Positions 26,106 through 38,718 of a stretch of 64,000 nucleotides of DNA are shown one piece after another (positions within the stretch are counted from its first letter, which is position 1; each line of letters begins with the position of its first letter). The position numbers and the translations under genes were made by a program. The DNA comes from Tubiluchus corallicola (Eukaryota > Animalia > Priapulida): assembly GCA_030141605.1 (NCBI GenBank), contig JAQGDQ010000120.1:372001-436000 (forward strand). The letters run 5' to 3'. The notes beneath the pieces are model-generated. The model worked only from the letters and a program-made list of their open reading frames with translations. It was not told the origin of the DNA and searched no databases.

Positions 26106-26329
26106 CTAACACATAGTTAAACATTGTAACGCTGTCAGTTTTCGATAACACTGGCGAAAACAGTCATTCCGCTTTTCGTTCCACTGTTTAAGATCATTCG
26201 GAATTCCGCTGTCTAGAGGGTATTCCATCTCTTTGATTTGCTCCTGGGGACTCGTTAACCATTTTTCCAGCCAGTCCATTGCCTGATCCAGATTATACGG
26301 TTCTACGGCTTGAACATCATAAGGCAATA
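26106..26329 (-). CDS. Secreted Cys-rich peptide precursor 2, exon 2 (propeptide plus mature peptide)
   Basis: Acceptor ttcatttcAG|TA (phase 1). Encodes LPYDVQAVEPYNLDQAMDWLEKWLTSPQEQIKEMEYPLDSGIPNDLKQWNEKR-NDCFRQCYRKLTALQCLTMC, then TAG. Confidence 0.87.
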
Positions 26330-26486
26330 CTGAAATGAAGCAGGTCATGCATTTTTTACGTTATTACATCAATGATTACGATGATTTCCGTTATTATGAA
26401 CGTGTCTTGTAGCTAAATAAAATAGTTTCGCACAAAATTAATTCAATTAGAGAAATCGGTAAAATTTTATTCCTACAAAATGTTAA

Positions 26487-26988
26487 AGGAAAACCGGACC
26501 CAATTTTAAACTATATTTCAAAACAATCTACCCTTCTTGCGGTAAGTTCTTCGCTGTTACATGCATTTCGTCTTTCGCTAGTTCGATGGACACTAGCGCC
26601 TGTCTCTCGGAAACGCGTTGCACAAAAAACAGATGCTGTACCTTTCAATTAAGAGTTGTTCAGTTGTAGCGTAGTGCACACATTCGAGAGCTGATGCATG
26701 AGCACAAAGGTAAACTTGAAATTTGACTTTTAAACTTAAAATTTGCTGGATTTTTGTACGTGTATATGACACAAAGATTTTCGCTTTCGCAAACACATTA
26801 TGTTTGTGCTGTTGAAAATTATATTCACTTGTGATGTCATCACTAATTGAGCTCGCCTGCCGCTAATCAAGCTTTTAACCTATTATTTAATTGTCAGAAA
26901 TGCTTTAGCATTGTAAAGGGTCCTAACATACATACTTTTTACCATACTTGAAAATGGGTTAGGATATGAAAAATAATCCTGTTTTCCT
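26487..26988 (+). mobile_element. Kolobok-type non-autonomous DNA transposon, both ends intact
   Basis: TTAA|AGGAAAACCGG ... CCTGTTTTCCT|TTAA. A TTAA target with RR...YY termini is characteristic of the Kolobok superfamily. Confidence 0.85.
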
Positions 26989-26992
26989 TTAA

Positions 26993-27180
26993 AAGAAAAC
27001 CGGAGCCAATCTTAAATTATAGCTCTAAACTATATACCCTATAAAATATAGAAAGGAAACATATTATTTTTAAAGAATGACTTGCACGAAAATTATTACC
27101 TGTCAAACGCATTTTTATGTTCTCGCGCCTAGTTCTTTGCTGTTACATGCATTTCGTCATTCGCATGTTAGACGGGCACT
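26993..27180 (+). mobile_element. Truncated second Kolobok-type copy in tandem
   Basis: Starts AAGAAAACCGGAGCCAATC directly after the TTAA (26989-26992) that ends the previous copy. Confidence 0.8.
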
Positions 27181-27679
27181 ACACTACATTTACACTATTT
27201 TTATAAAGTAGCTAATAATTCTGTATGTACTGGAATCTCAGAAATAAAGTCCAACGTTTTTCAAATGCGTCGTTTGGCACCAACAGTGGTTACCACTGAG
27301 ATCTATGTTGGGTAGAGAATCTACATATTGTATCGTACAATGCCTGTAATGACATCTAAACAAAATGATAGACGCATAGCTATTGTAGAGTAGTAGCTAT
27401 TATTCTCCAAAGTCCATTCTCCTAACCGCGGCCATATTTTTGACAATAGGGTCTGCTTCATCCTAGATAAGATTACCTACCTTTTGTATGCATGTATACG
27501 TAAAGAGCAAACATTTCCATCACATGTTAGAAACAAAATCTCCAATAGTTTCCCCTTAAATAAGAACAAGCTTTGACAAGAGTTTCCGCCCTGTGATCAG
27601 ATGGGTACTATGCCTTTTGACACACTGCAATGCAGGGCAGGGTAACGGCAGGGCCTACTCAAACGAATGGAATTTTATT

Positions 27680-28512
27680 CTCCGTTTACACGATCAGTTT
27701 TTAGTCAAGCTAAAACTGACAAGCAAAAGCTGTCAGTCTAAAACTGACACGTGTTTACATGGCATCAAACTTTATTCTGATGGCAAGTATTCAGCAAGGG
27801 GTGTCAAGCTGTTAGTATCTGTGCGACAATAGTTACGAAATTATGAATAAATCAGATTTACTCTAGAGAAGTTTTTTTATTTGTTCCAATCAGAACAAAT
27901 TACAAGATTATTAAACCCTTTTACACTAACATTAGTTATAACGTGTTACATTAGTTACATTAACAACCGTGCAAATTGTGTACACACTTAACTAGCCTTT
28001 CAATTTAACTTTCAATTACAGAAAAATAATTATGAAATGAATGAAATAATTACAAAATTAACATTATACTGTGAAATAAATCAATATTTCAATTGATAAG
28101 GTAAAATAATTTCATTTTTACTGTTAATGAAACTTTTAAACTTTTAATGCTGCAATTAATTACACTATGATATGAAATTTAAATTTCTTTTAAAGGTAAA
28201 GCAGGATAAAATTTAATACATGAATTGTGGCTTCAACGAAACCTATGTGTGCTTTGTAATTTTCCATTTTAGTTGCCCTTCAAAGGCATTTAAACCTCAC
28301 GCGAAAATGTATAATCGGTATGATGCCACGCTATTGGGTGCTGGTCTGACGTGTCTGTGTTTGTTTGATAAATTTAAGATCGTTTGATATCACCAAACTT
28401 TGTTTGTCAGTCTGAAAGTTTGTCAGTTTCGCAGTTTGCATGATCAAATTATCTTGACAAACTAAAACAGGCAAACAAGTTTGGATGAAAAAAACTGACC
28501 TGATAAACGGAG
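27680..28512. mobile_element. Harbinger-like MITE
   Basis: Inverted ends CTCCGTTTACACGATCAGTTTTT / AAAAACTGACCTGATAAACGGAG with subterminal aaactgac/gtcagt repeats. Superfamily assignment is an inference. Confidence 0.55.
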
Positions 28513-29276
28513 CTTTATATTCGTTATCAAGGGCCGCGTCTCTAAAATCAAGCACTGCACCAACAGAGGTGTCTCAGCCACGTTCGAATGTGACACAATT
28601 TTTCCTCTACGAGGAAAAAGGCTCTGCAAGGTAAACAGCCAGAATCACAGACACTTCCCAAAGCGAGTATTGAACCAGTTCACCATCCACTCACTGACCA
28701 GGCTCGGTGCCATTGTTTATTTCTATTGCCAAGCACACACCAAGACCATTTGGCTATTCTAAATTTTTAGCTTGTGGAACGATATCACAATAGTTTATAG
28801 TTTATGACTTCATTTTGCAATACAAATATAGCTGCCTATTTTCTGTTGCACTAGTTGTAATTTATTTTTGTACCAGTTTTCAGTGTTTATTGTTTAGACG
28901 TACGTACAGTATGCAGACGTAGGACGTGTTATGTTTTTTACATTTACATTTTTACATTTTTTCTCATTTGTTGTGAACTTCAACTGATAAAGGCCCGTAA
29001 CTGCGAAAGCTCCTGTGACAAAAAATGATAATTTCGAGTCACAACAACGTTTTGTAATTCTTTTCAAAACTGTTGGTCAAGGCAATTCATTTCACATTTC
29101 TTTGTAGTCCACTTATTTCCTGGTCTACACCCATAGTTCCTAGTACATCATAGATATTTCGGATGACAAACATTTGTTGCGGCAATTTTCTAGCTAGGAA
29201 AACTTACAATCATCATGGTAATTACTGCAGTAGTTATGCAAAGATTACGTGCATTGAAGCCATAAACAGAGCTTAC

Positions 29277-29361
29277 CTGCTGAATCCACGGTTCGTGGAA
29301 GCCATACAAGTAATGACACGAACAACGAAGCCGAAAACATAATACGAAAAATAGGATCCAT
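29277..29361 (-). CDS. Secreted Cys-rich peptide precursor 2, signal-peptide exon
   Basis: ATG at 29361, MDPIFRIMFSASLFVSLLVWLPRTVDSA plus G|GTAAGC (phase 1), in frame with 26106-26329. Upstream acceptor tttttatAG at 29390-29391. Too short for the ORF track. Confidence 0.82.
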
Positions 29362-29954
29362 AGCTTCAAACCGCCTATATTGTTCTACCCTATAAAAATG
29401 TCAAGCATCTTGATTAACTTAATCTGATTTAACCTGGTCAAAGACCGCAAGCTGATAAATTTTAGACCGATGGCTCGACCCATATTGCTACTTTTCTTGA
29501 CGTTGTTGTTGGTGTTGTTGGAGTGACGGCATTTTTAAAAAATCGCCAATTTGCAACGATCCTCGAGAAACTTCACATCTATATACTAGAATAAATTCTC
29601 ATCGACGGACGGAGTCAGATTTTCGATCTGCTATTTCGAATTTAAGATGGCAGTGATAATCTTATCTTCGAAAAAAGCCGCGCCATTTCGTGACGTATCG
29701 CCATGAAGCTTTACAGAAGTACACTAGAACAAGTTCCGCAACGAATATATATCCAAAACTGCAATAGATATAATAAGCAACCATTGCCCGTAAAGCAAGA
29801 ATTTACTTTAAGTAATTATAAAAAGCGAATAAAGGAGCAGTTCACGCCTGTATAAAATATCCGTTAACATAAATATGACTCTTTCAATAATAAATACTAT
29901 TGATTTTACACAATGCTTCTATTAATTTATTTATACATATAAATAAATATATAT

Positions 29955-30700
29955 ATACATCGGGTGGGTAGAAAAAATGTGGCATTATATTATTATTATT
30001 ATTAGAAGCAAGTACCTTGCAAAATTGAAGTTTTGAACTTGATATTACAACATAATACTTTTTGGCTGACAAAGTTACAAGTTTATAGCTTTAGTAGTTT
30101 TTAAGTTATGGCTGAAAAGCTTGTGCACGGTAAAAATTAAAATGCCGGAACAATGCCAGCTAAATCTTTAATTGAAAAGCAGTGTTGAGGTATAGCACTC
30201 TTAATACATGCCTGAATACTTAAATGACAAAGAAATAATACCAACTGGGTTAAATCATTGTTTCACCAGAGAAGATGAGGGCACTGATAAAAATTTGTTA
30301 TCAGTAAAATGGGACTCAATAATCTGGTCTACGGCACCTGGAATTCCCTTAAAAGAAGCACAGGACGGCCTCACACGGCCGTTTCACCCCGCCCGTTTGA
30401 GGAATTAAAGAAAAAAAAATTGCTGAGCGCCAGGACCGTATACCGCTTAAATAAGTGAAAAACTGTTTATCATCTGTTTCTAGCAACAGAGTTAAGTAGC
30501 CGTTGCATAGAGTAAGAGAGCTAGGTAAGTAGCCGTTAATAGTAGCATATTCTTCGTCCTGTTAATAAACCAGTTTCTTGTAATAGCATTAATCTAATTT
30601 TGGCACATAAACTTATAAGAAATGAAGGCCTTCATGAAAAAAGTAAAAAGTAAAAATATTTATTAACTATTTTGCAACCAGACTAGAGTTATGGCTGTGA
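29955..30700 (+). mobile_element. Degenerate Tc1/mariner (maT-like) element
   Basis: 30010-30120 aligns with 58230-58345. Remnant LNNLVYGTWNSLK (about 30315-30352) resembles the SPDLNPLDYSIW transposase motif. Boundaries approximate. Confidence 0.5.
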
Positions 30701-31342
30701 AGATAATGAAACTAGTGAAATGGATACGCTGATATACAAGAAAAAGAGGAGTTCAAAAATTCTCAGATGAAAACGCTGAGCAAAAATCTAGCCAAGAGCA
30801 TGTACTTGAAGAGTGCGCAGCGGAAATTGCAGAAATGCTGATTGTTCCTAAAGACATAAGTCAATGGGCCATCCATTCAATTTCAAATGCAATCAACACA
30901 AGCTGCAAATACATATATGTGACTGGTGACTGGCACTCAGTTAATACACCTTAATACACGCGTAAGCCTATAATACATGTGTACCAAGTTAAATTTCTTG
31001 GGGTGAGTCCAGTGGCGTGGGGGAGAGGTCGAGAAAGTTCGCTAAAATGTTTTTTGACTAGGGTGTCAAACTACCTAGAGCCGGTCCTGGCCGTGCAGTA
31101 GTACTTTCATTATTTCGCTGGATTTCTAGAACTAAGATCAAAACAGGGTTTGTTCTACAAAGAAATAAACTAACTGTTTTGCAAAATACATATGGGATAA
31201 CACAACTGTTGGCTAGCAATAAATAACTAGTAAATGATTTTTTCAAGAAAACGTGACAAATTAATTTAACTATCGCCTAATCATTTTCAAAAGATAGAAG
31301 AATTTCAAAATTGGTTTGTTTATTTTAATGCAATACACTTAC

Positions 31343-31420
31343 CTGTAACCGGTGTGCAAGTGCTAAAAATTGGACTAACTTTCTGCTCAACTTCTAGACC
31401 TGGAAATGTCAAGTTCTCAC
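31343..31420 (-). other. Candidate non-coding first exon of peptide precursor 2
   Basis: Consensus donor CAG|GTAAGT at 31343/31342, upstream of the acceptor at 29390. The 5' end is a guess. Confidence 0.3.
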
Positions 31421-34400
31421 ATTTCTGGTCAGGTATATGGTACACTTCCAACAGCTATTTTAGTTGCCATGGTGCTTAACTACTGAAACGCAAGGTACTG
31501 GAGAAAATCCGGAATGCGCTCTGCATGCAAGCAACAAAATATTGTTTCAATCATTCAGTTCTTTCAACGCCAAAAATGTTTAAAACGCAATTTCACTGTA
31601 CTTACTAACTTTATTTTATTCACATTGCACCCTAAAAATGTAACATGCGTTTTCCGTCCCTTATCTCCCTCCCCATGAAACGCGTGGTTACTTCCACACA
31701 GGTAGAGTGGTTGTTAATAAGTGTGAAAGGGTTCTGCTTCAGAATATGTCGCCTATTGTTTATCAAGTTTCGTCGATTTATTTCACTTAAGCTAATCGTT
31801 TTGACTGGTCTTACAATATTAATAAGCCGTTATGCCACCAATTAGTATTAGCATGTATTTATGTAATACGAATGCAGTCGTTACCATTACAGTGACTGGT
31901 ACGCTTTGGCTATTTGGCCGATGGTTTATCAGTTTTACAGTTCTTTGCATTCCGGTGTCTAATTCTTATTGACAGGATCTACTTAATGTAAATGGTTGTA
32001 GTAACCGGACCAAAACCTTGCTGACTAACAAAAATAGTCCTTTGGGATAAGGCACTAATGTGATTGAACAGTAAAGATGTTTTAACCATGTACTGACTGC
32101 TAGTCCTATTTTGATTAGCAACAATTCTAAATATGTTTGTAAGACTTTGTTTTGGATACAGTTCGAACATAACTAGTGTTATATAACTAGTATAACTGCT
32201 AACACTAGCCTAAAATTATTTACTGATTTAACTTGAGATCGATTTCTTTCATTTTACTACTGTGCAAATTCTATTACATGCCAAAGTAAACCAAAGTAAA
32301 CCAAAGTAAAATTAACATTATTAACATTAATTTTATCATCCTGTTGCTTTCTTCATCATCATATCTCAACATTCTCTCTCTAAATTACAAATAGTTTTGC
32401 TCATGATATCACTTCTGGTGTTTTCTAAATGTTTGTAATAGCCTTTACTGCTATCTGTTTCTACTGCTCATTTATGGTCACCAGTTTTCTGTTATATTCT
32501 GTAAATCCACTACCTGTGCTCACGAAGAGCCACAGTTTCTGTCGCTGTGCCGCTGTGGACCACTATTGGTTAGATACAGCTCATGGGCATTTGAAAGATA
32601 CTTCGAATTCACTATGAGCTGGGTCAAATATTGACTTGTCGCCTTTAATGCAAACAAGTGCAGGCCTCCCTTTTTAAATTGCTGGGCAGTGATTTCCAAC
32701 AGCAGTGTGAAGTACAAAGGACTCTATTTTTTACTGCGATATATGGGAAACCACTGGCACTTCAGTTCAAAAGAGAGGAAGGAGGCGTACACTTGTTAAT
32801 CAACTGATCAATTAACATTATAATTTTTATTTTACTTTATTTATTTCACATAAAAAGCAGCTCATATGCAAAGAATACAGTAAACGAATCACGAAACAGA
32901 GTATATGAAATAACAAATAGTCATAGATGACAGGTACTGCTTCCCCACGGTTGTGAAAAGCTTGACGCACGGATCTTTTTACATTGAAGTTAAAACTTGG
33001 TGTACAACCCTTCTTTAGCCCATGCTCTACATCACTATCACGCATAAACTATTAAAATTTTAGAACATCCAGCTTTTTGTTATTGTTTTCCAACTTCGTT
33101 TTAAAAAGTTATTGCTTAATTGTTTACTACGACGGTAAAGCAAGTGAAGCTACAGTGAGAAACCAGGCATGCGCAGCGACGTTCGATCAATTTGGCAAGT
33201 TAAGCCAGTTAACCTGTAAGACGATTCATGATTCCACTTTCTTGAAAATTCGTTTAGTCTATTAGTGTAAAGATAACGCATCCGGTTTTCGTGCGAGTGG
33301 CTGTGGTTCAACGCTGAGCGAAGTATTAGCGTTCTTTACTGCTTTCAATTCTTTTTTTGCAGGAGATACGTCGTTTTTTGGTACTGACACGGGCACTGAA
33401 TGAATCGGAATTACCACCGCTTAGAGGAGGAGAAGGAGGAGAAACCAAACGGCTCTATGAATTGCAGTGCCCACAGTTAAAAACTTTGTTTTACTTTCAC
33501 CGGTAACGCGCACTTTTTTCGCCACCTCAGTACTAAGGGGCTCACTATTTCCACTCCTTCAGTTTTGTGTTCAAAATAAGATAGTTAATGAAAATGTTTA
33601 ATGACAAATTAATTAGATTTCTGATTTCTTAATTTTTGACTTGATTTTTTGGTTCCGTTTGACTTTTTTTAATTTTGAAAAGCATTTGAATATTCTTTAG
33701 CTAGGTGTATTTGTACTTACATGCATCATGTACTTTTGCGAAAGAAATTTTGAAAATGATGACCTTTGTACGACGTGATGTGACCCTTAACTCAGTTTTA
33801 CCACAGGTATTTTTTTATAGTTATTTAAAACTCTTGGATGATTTTTTGCCTTTGATTGATCTTCTAGAGATTTTTAATGATTCCCTATTTTTCTAATTCT
33901 CAAAACAACATATGCAGGGATACAAAAATTAAAGCCAGTCAATTGACTCTGTACTTTATAATATTTGATATAAAAGATATTTCAATTTGCTGCAGCTTTT
34001 TAGCTACCATATAGGACGTCATTTCACATTAAAGCAGTTGATAACTTATATCTACATGTCGTACTACGTTAAACAAGTACTCCCATAATTCGATTCCGAT
34101 TTGGAACCAAAGTTGTAAATTTTCGGAAATTAGTTAATTTGATGTTGTTTCTTGTGTTTTAATGTCGAACGCGTTACATTATTTCTATTACCCCAGGATT
34201 ATAACAATGTGAACCAAATAAGCGAGGGCCCGGTGTGCGTGCGCAGCAAGCCTCACGTTTAAATCTGTGATGCGTGTCATAGGCATAAGTCATGGAGAGC
34301 CTCTACAAAAGGGTTTCCGCTCTAGGCGGATGAATATCGAAATAAACACGGAGTTGGTTTAAAATATTAGATGCTCCATTAAATTTTGACTTAAATCAAT

Positions 34401-37048
34401 ATAAGCAATTGTATCCCTAACCGTATGTCATTTTATTTTGTGCAGCAAATTATTCCACTTTGGGTAGTACAAAATTTAATACACCCTTAAAATAGACACT
34501 TTTCTTATGCGGATTAATAAGCAAGAGTGACAGTTCCTCGATTCTTAGCTAATAACTGGGTTTTAGTTTTCTATGTTTTGATTTTAGTAATCTTAAAACA
34601 GTTTACCGTTGGTGATTTTATAAAAGTATTTTAGGTAGGGAAAAGGTATTTTCGTTGAATTATTTCGTATTTTTGTCTAACTTGTAGCTATCTGTATGTA
34701 TTTATAACTTTTCTTGTTATTCGGTTTAGTATTACAGAATGATTAAACTAAAATTTTTAAAACCTAAATTGTTAAAGTTGAGGTGTAAATACCCAATAAC
34801 TTTAGTCAGAAATCCTAGAGTGTTAATTAGACTCTTGTCTGCGTCTTTTATTTTTCTGGACAATATGTGAGGCAAACATATTTATTTACATTGTGCCATA
34901 GACTAAATAAAGTTATAAAGCCTGTAGCATAATTATAACAAATTATTTGATCTTACTGTTAACGTGAAAATGTGATACATATGAACTACGTTGGCTGCTT
35001 TTTTATTAAAAATACACTAGCTTATAGAGGCTTTATATTCCTTTGGGAATCTCAAAACGTATTTAATACTGCGCATTATTAAATCTAAACTTAAATTTGA
35101 ATAAACATTTTTTACGAGTCTTGCTGGAAAAACAATATATCCAAGGAAAAAGGAAAGAGTAGACAAAAGAATAAAATAGTGTACTCGCAGTTCAAATTCA
35201 CCCAGTAACAATGTGCTGAAGAGGATAAAATCAAATGATTATGAGATTGTAACATTAACAGCAAAATTTTTGTAAAACAAGATTAAGGCACATGTAGTCA
35301 AATATCTGTTTAGATGACACCCAATGAAGTTGTAATATTATGTAATAGAGTCAGGTCACAGAGTCAGGGAATCTTAAAAAACTTTCCTAAACCAATCATT
35401 GAAGCGGAAAAGGGGGAATTTTAAAATATGTCTTAAAAAACTGGATGCTAGCTTAAATATATGTATGTCAAAAAACACTCAGTGGCAACACTTCTCAGTC
35501 TGTGGGAATTGAATGCAGTTTACTGATTGCTTCTCAGGAAACAAACACTGCAAGCTAGCATCCAACATTCTCTTGCGGGGCTTACTTATTGCATTACCTA
35601 GCTTATTATCAAAGACAATATTTTCAGATAAGATTTTGAACTGGCAGAGATATCTCAGCTCTGTTGAGCTATATAGTGACTATAACCTGCTCTTTCAGCG
35701 AGCCAGGTAGCTGGAAGAAGTATTGCAGCCTCCTTCCTCAATGAGAGAAATAGACATTCATTATTGCAGATGAAACCACGCAGAAACAATTTTCTTGTAG
35801 TTATTCGTGCATTTACAATAGCTAGGCCAGCATTGCTCAAATTTCGCCTGCAGATCGCATCAGTGATGTGGACTAGAATTATGATTTGAATGTCCAAAAC
35901 CCAACTACATGGAACTTGAATTATATATTTTGATGAAAATGCTGCTTATGGTAGCACTGGTGCATGTAGACTTTGATGCAGTGATGCATTATACTTTATA
36001 GCACTATATACAAAAGATGAACTCTGGGAAAAGTATAAAATACTCTACTTTATATAATTATCCCTTACAAAACAACTTATCAGCTCTTGTGATCTTATTA
36101 TAGGCAATACAGTAAGCCCAAATGGCAGAACTTTACTTGTCAAATTGTTAAAATATATTAGTTAATTAAAATTGCTTTAAAACTGGCTTTCAATGGTCAT
36201 AAAGTGAGTTGATAAATGCAATGATGACATAGGTGGCTCGCTAATATCCCAGAAGGAGCTTACATTGCTCCAATAAACTTCCCAGTTATGTGTTATTTTG
36301 TTGTGCTTCCTCTGATGTTAGTATTGTATGCTCTCTTAAATGATTTTTAGTGGTGCCTGAAAAAGAAATATTTTTCAAATGCAGTGAAATATATTTGAAT
36401 GATAAAAGTTGAAATTCAAATTCAGAATGATGTTAAAATTTGTTACACTGCATTAGCTTAATAAATATATGTAGGCTTGCTTTGTGTTATGCCTCACTGT
36501 GAGATACGTTTTGTTTTCGAATTAACTAATGAAACTATTTTGGATGCGATTACATCATTGCTGAGCACATACTATGACATTTCAGCTTGTGTGAAACATT
36601 AGTTGTCTATAACAGACCTTATAATTTCTTTCTAATGTTCTACTCGCATGATTTTTAGTAGAAATATCATTGTTGTCTTATGTATAATGTATCATTTTTG
36701 TACTGTACAAATTTTTGTACACTTTGGCACATTCCAAGCTGGAATAGGCCATGCTATGGAAAAGTCTATTCAACGCCGAAGTTTGTGTTGAGGCCAAAGC
36801 CTGGTTCTTTAGTCATTATAAACCTTGGATAACTCTCTAAGATGAACTGTGAACAGGCAGAGGTGCTGTAGCCGTGTTCAGATGCATGCACAACCACGGA
36901 ACATACGAGTGAGACCACTTGGCTATTTTTTCACCCCTGAAACAAAAGTGTACAACTGCTGTTAACTGTTTTTGTCTTGTTACAGTTTTACTGTTTGTTC
37001 TTGCAGCTGATGTTTTAATGGATGATACTGCAAGACAGAGATAGATTA

Positions 37049-37114
37049 ATGGCAGTTACAGATATTTTTGTGTGTTTCTCCTGTTGCGTGGCAGATCAAC
37101 CACAAGTAACGCCG
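37049..37114 (+). CDS. CDC42SE2: CDC42 small effector (SPEC) coding exon 1
   Basis: MAVTDIFVCFSCCVADQPQVTP, with the family CF.CC..QPQ motif. Donor CCG|GTAGGT; alternative in-frame donor CAA|GTAACG after 37105. Symbol denotes the CDC42SE1/2 family. Confidence 0.9.
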
Positions 37115-38622
37115 GTAGGTTTGCACATTTTTTCTAAATTACAAACAGAAAAGGGGTGAGTAACAGCATTCTTAGTTTTGCTAAACTTTTGCTGTATTGC
37201 TCCATCTGATGAGATAGTCATGCAAACAATCTTTCACCAATGCTCCTAATTTTAAAAACGGGATTTAATAAATCTGGCAGCTAGGGCAGCTATATTGCTG
37301 TAAGTATTAATATTGAGGAGTGAAAGTCTGTGCTCTTTAGGTAACAGTTTATGAACTAAGTTGTGATCCAGAATTGACCATTGCTGGCTTTTCTGGTCAT
37401 ACTAGTTTTTCCTAATGTATTGTACACATGCATGCATTTATAGCATTCCTTAGAACATTGCCCATCATGTAATGTGGTATAAAGTAAATGACTACTAATA
37501 TCAATTATGCTTGTCTTCAAGCTGCAGTTTACATAATAAATAAGCTGTACTTAAAGCAGCAAAATTAGTTGATATTACAAGCATGTACATCATCTGTATA
37601 GGATGTAAAATAATTTTTTGCTCAATAAAAGCTAAATTGAACTGGATTAGTTAACAGGAATTAATTTTAATGCCGAGTGTAATGAGTGTCATGCTAAAAT
37701 TTTAAATGATCTATTCCAAAATTTCACATTTGTCACATGTTAAAAACAAGTTCGTCATGTTTTATTTGTGAAACTGAGTGACTGATATCAATGTTACGAG
37801 AATAGCTTCCAAAAGGTATTTTAATTTGCAATAACAGCAGTATCTCTGTGATGAAAATGGTTGTATTGCATATTAGATACCGTACACTTTTCTTGATAAA
37901 AAGTAATAATAAAAACTTTAATATAATTGTTATAATATTCTATGTATTATATGTGTAATTGTATGTATATATTTATTATGTAATTATAATGGTGTTTTTT
38001 CTAGCAAATCTAAAAATGAAAAGCGTAACAACAGCATAATTGCTGCAAATATTGAAAATGATAGGACTTTCTGGTTGAAAAGTGGTTTTTCTTAGCCTAT
38101 TAGCTTATATTTTTATGTCTTTTTGCCCATTTTATTTCATTTATAAAGTGGCTTTGCTCACACAACTTGTTCATAAATATTCATAAAATTAAACTTATGG
38201 AAAAAATTGCAAATGTAACTGAAAAATTTAATCATTATTACGTTAGTTACGAGTTAGTACGAGAAATACATTTTATCATTTGAAACTCAATTTTGCCCTT
38301 TTAGGTTCACTGTAGAAAATCTTATACAGAAACATCAATAATTATAAATAATTTTCATTTCTGGATTCCACTTAATCTGTCACAGTAAATTCCATGTGTG
38401 TGTGTATGTGTGTTTGCGTGCGTGTGTATGTTTAATGTGTATCATTATTCTTAGCATTCATAATTATCTCAGAACAGTGATTCCCATCTAAGCTTTTTTA
38501 AAAAAGCTGGAGTTATTTTATAAACCGCTTTAGTTTTGTGTACATTTGTAATTTTACATACTGCTGAAAAAGTATAAAAGTACTTTTAAATCATGCTGAT
38601 TTAGGTCTTTGTAATGTTCCAG

Positions 38623-38718
38623 AGGCGGCGAATAGACAGGTCACAAATTGGACTTCCAACAAACTTTCAACATGTAGGACATGTGGGTTCAGGTGATTTA
38701 CTGCAACCAAACAGTCAT
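38623..38718 (+). CDS. CDC42SE2: CDC42 small effector coding exon 2 (CRIB motif)
   Basis: ttccAG|[32 protein letters not shown]|GTAAGT; CRIB consensus I..P.NF.H..HVG. Confidence 0.95.
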
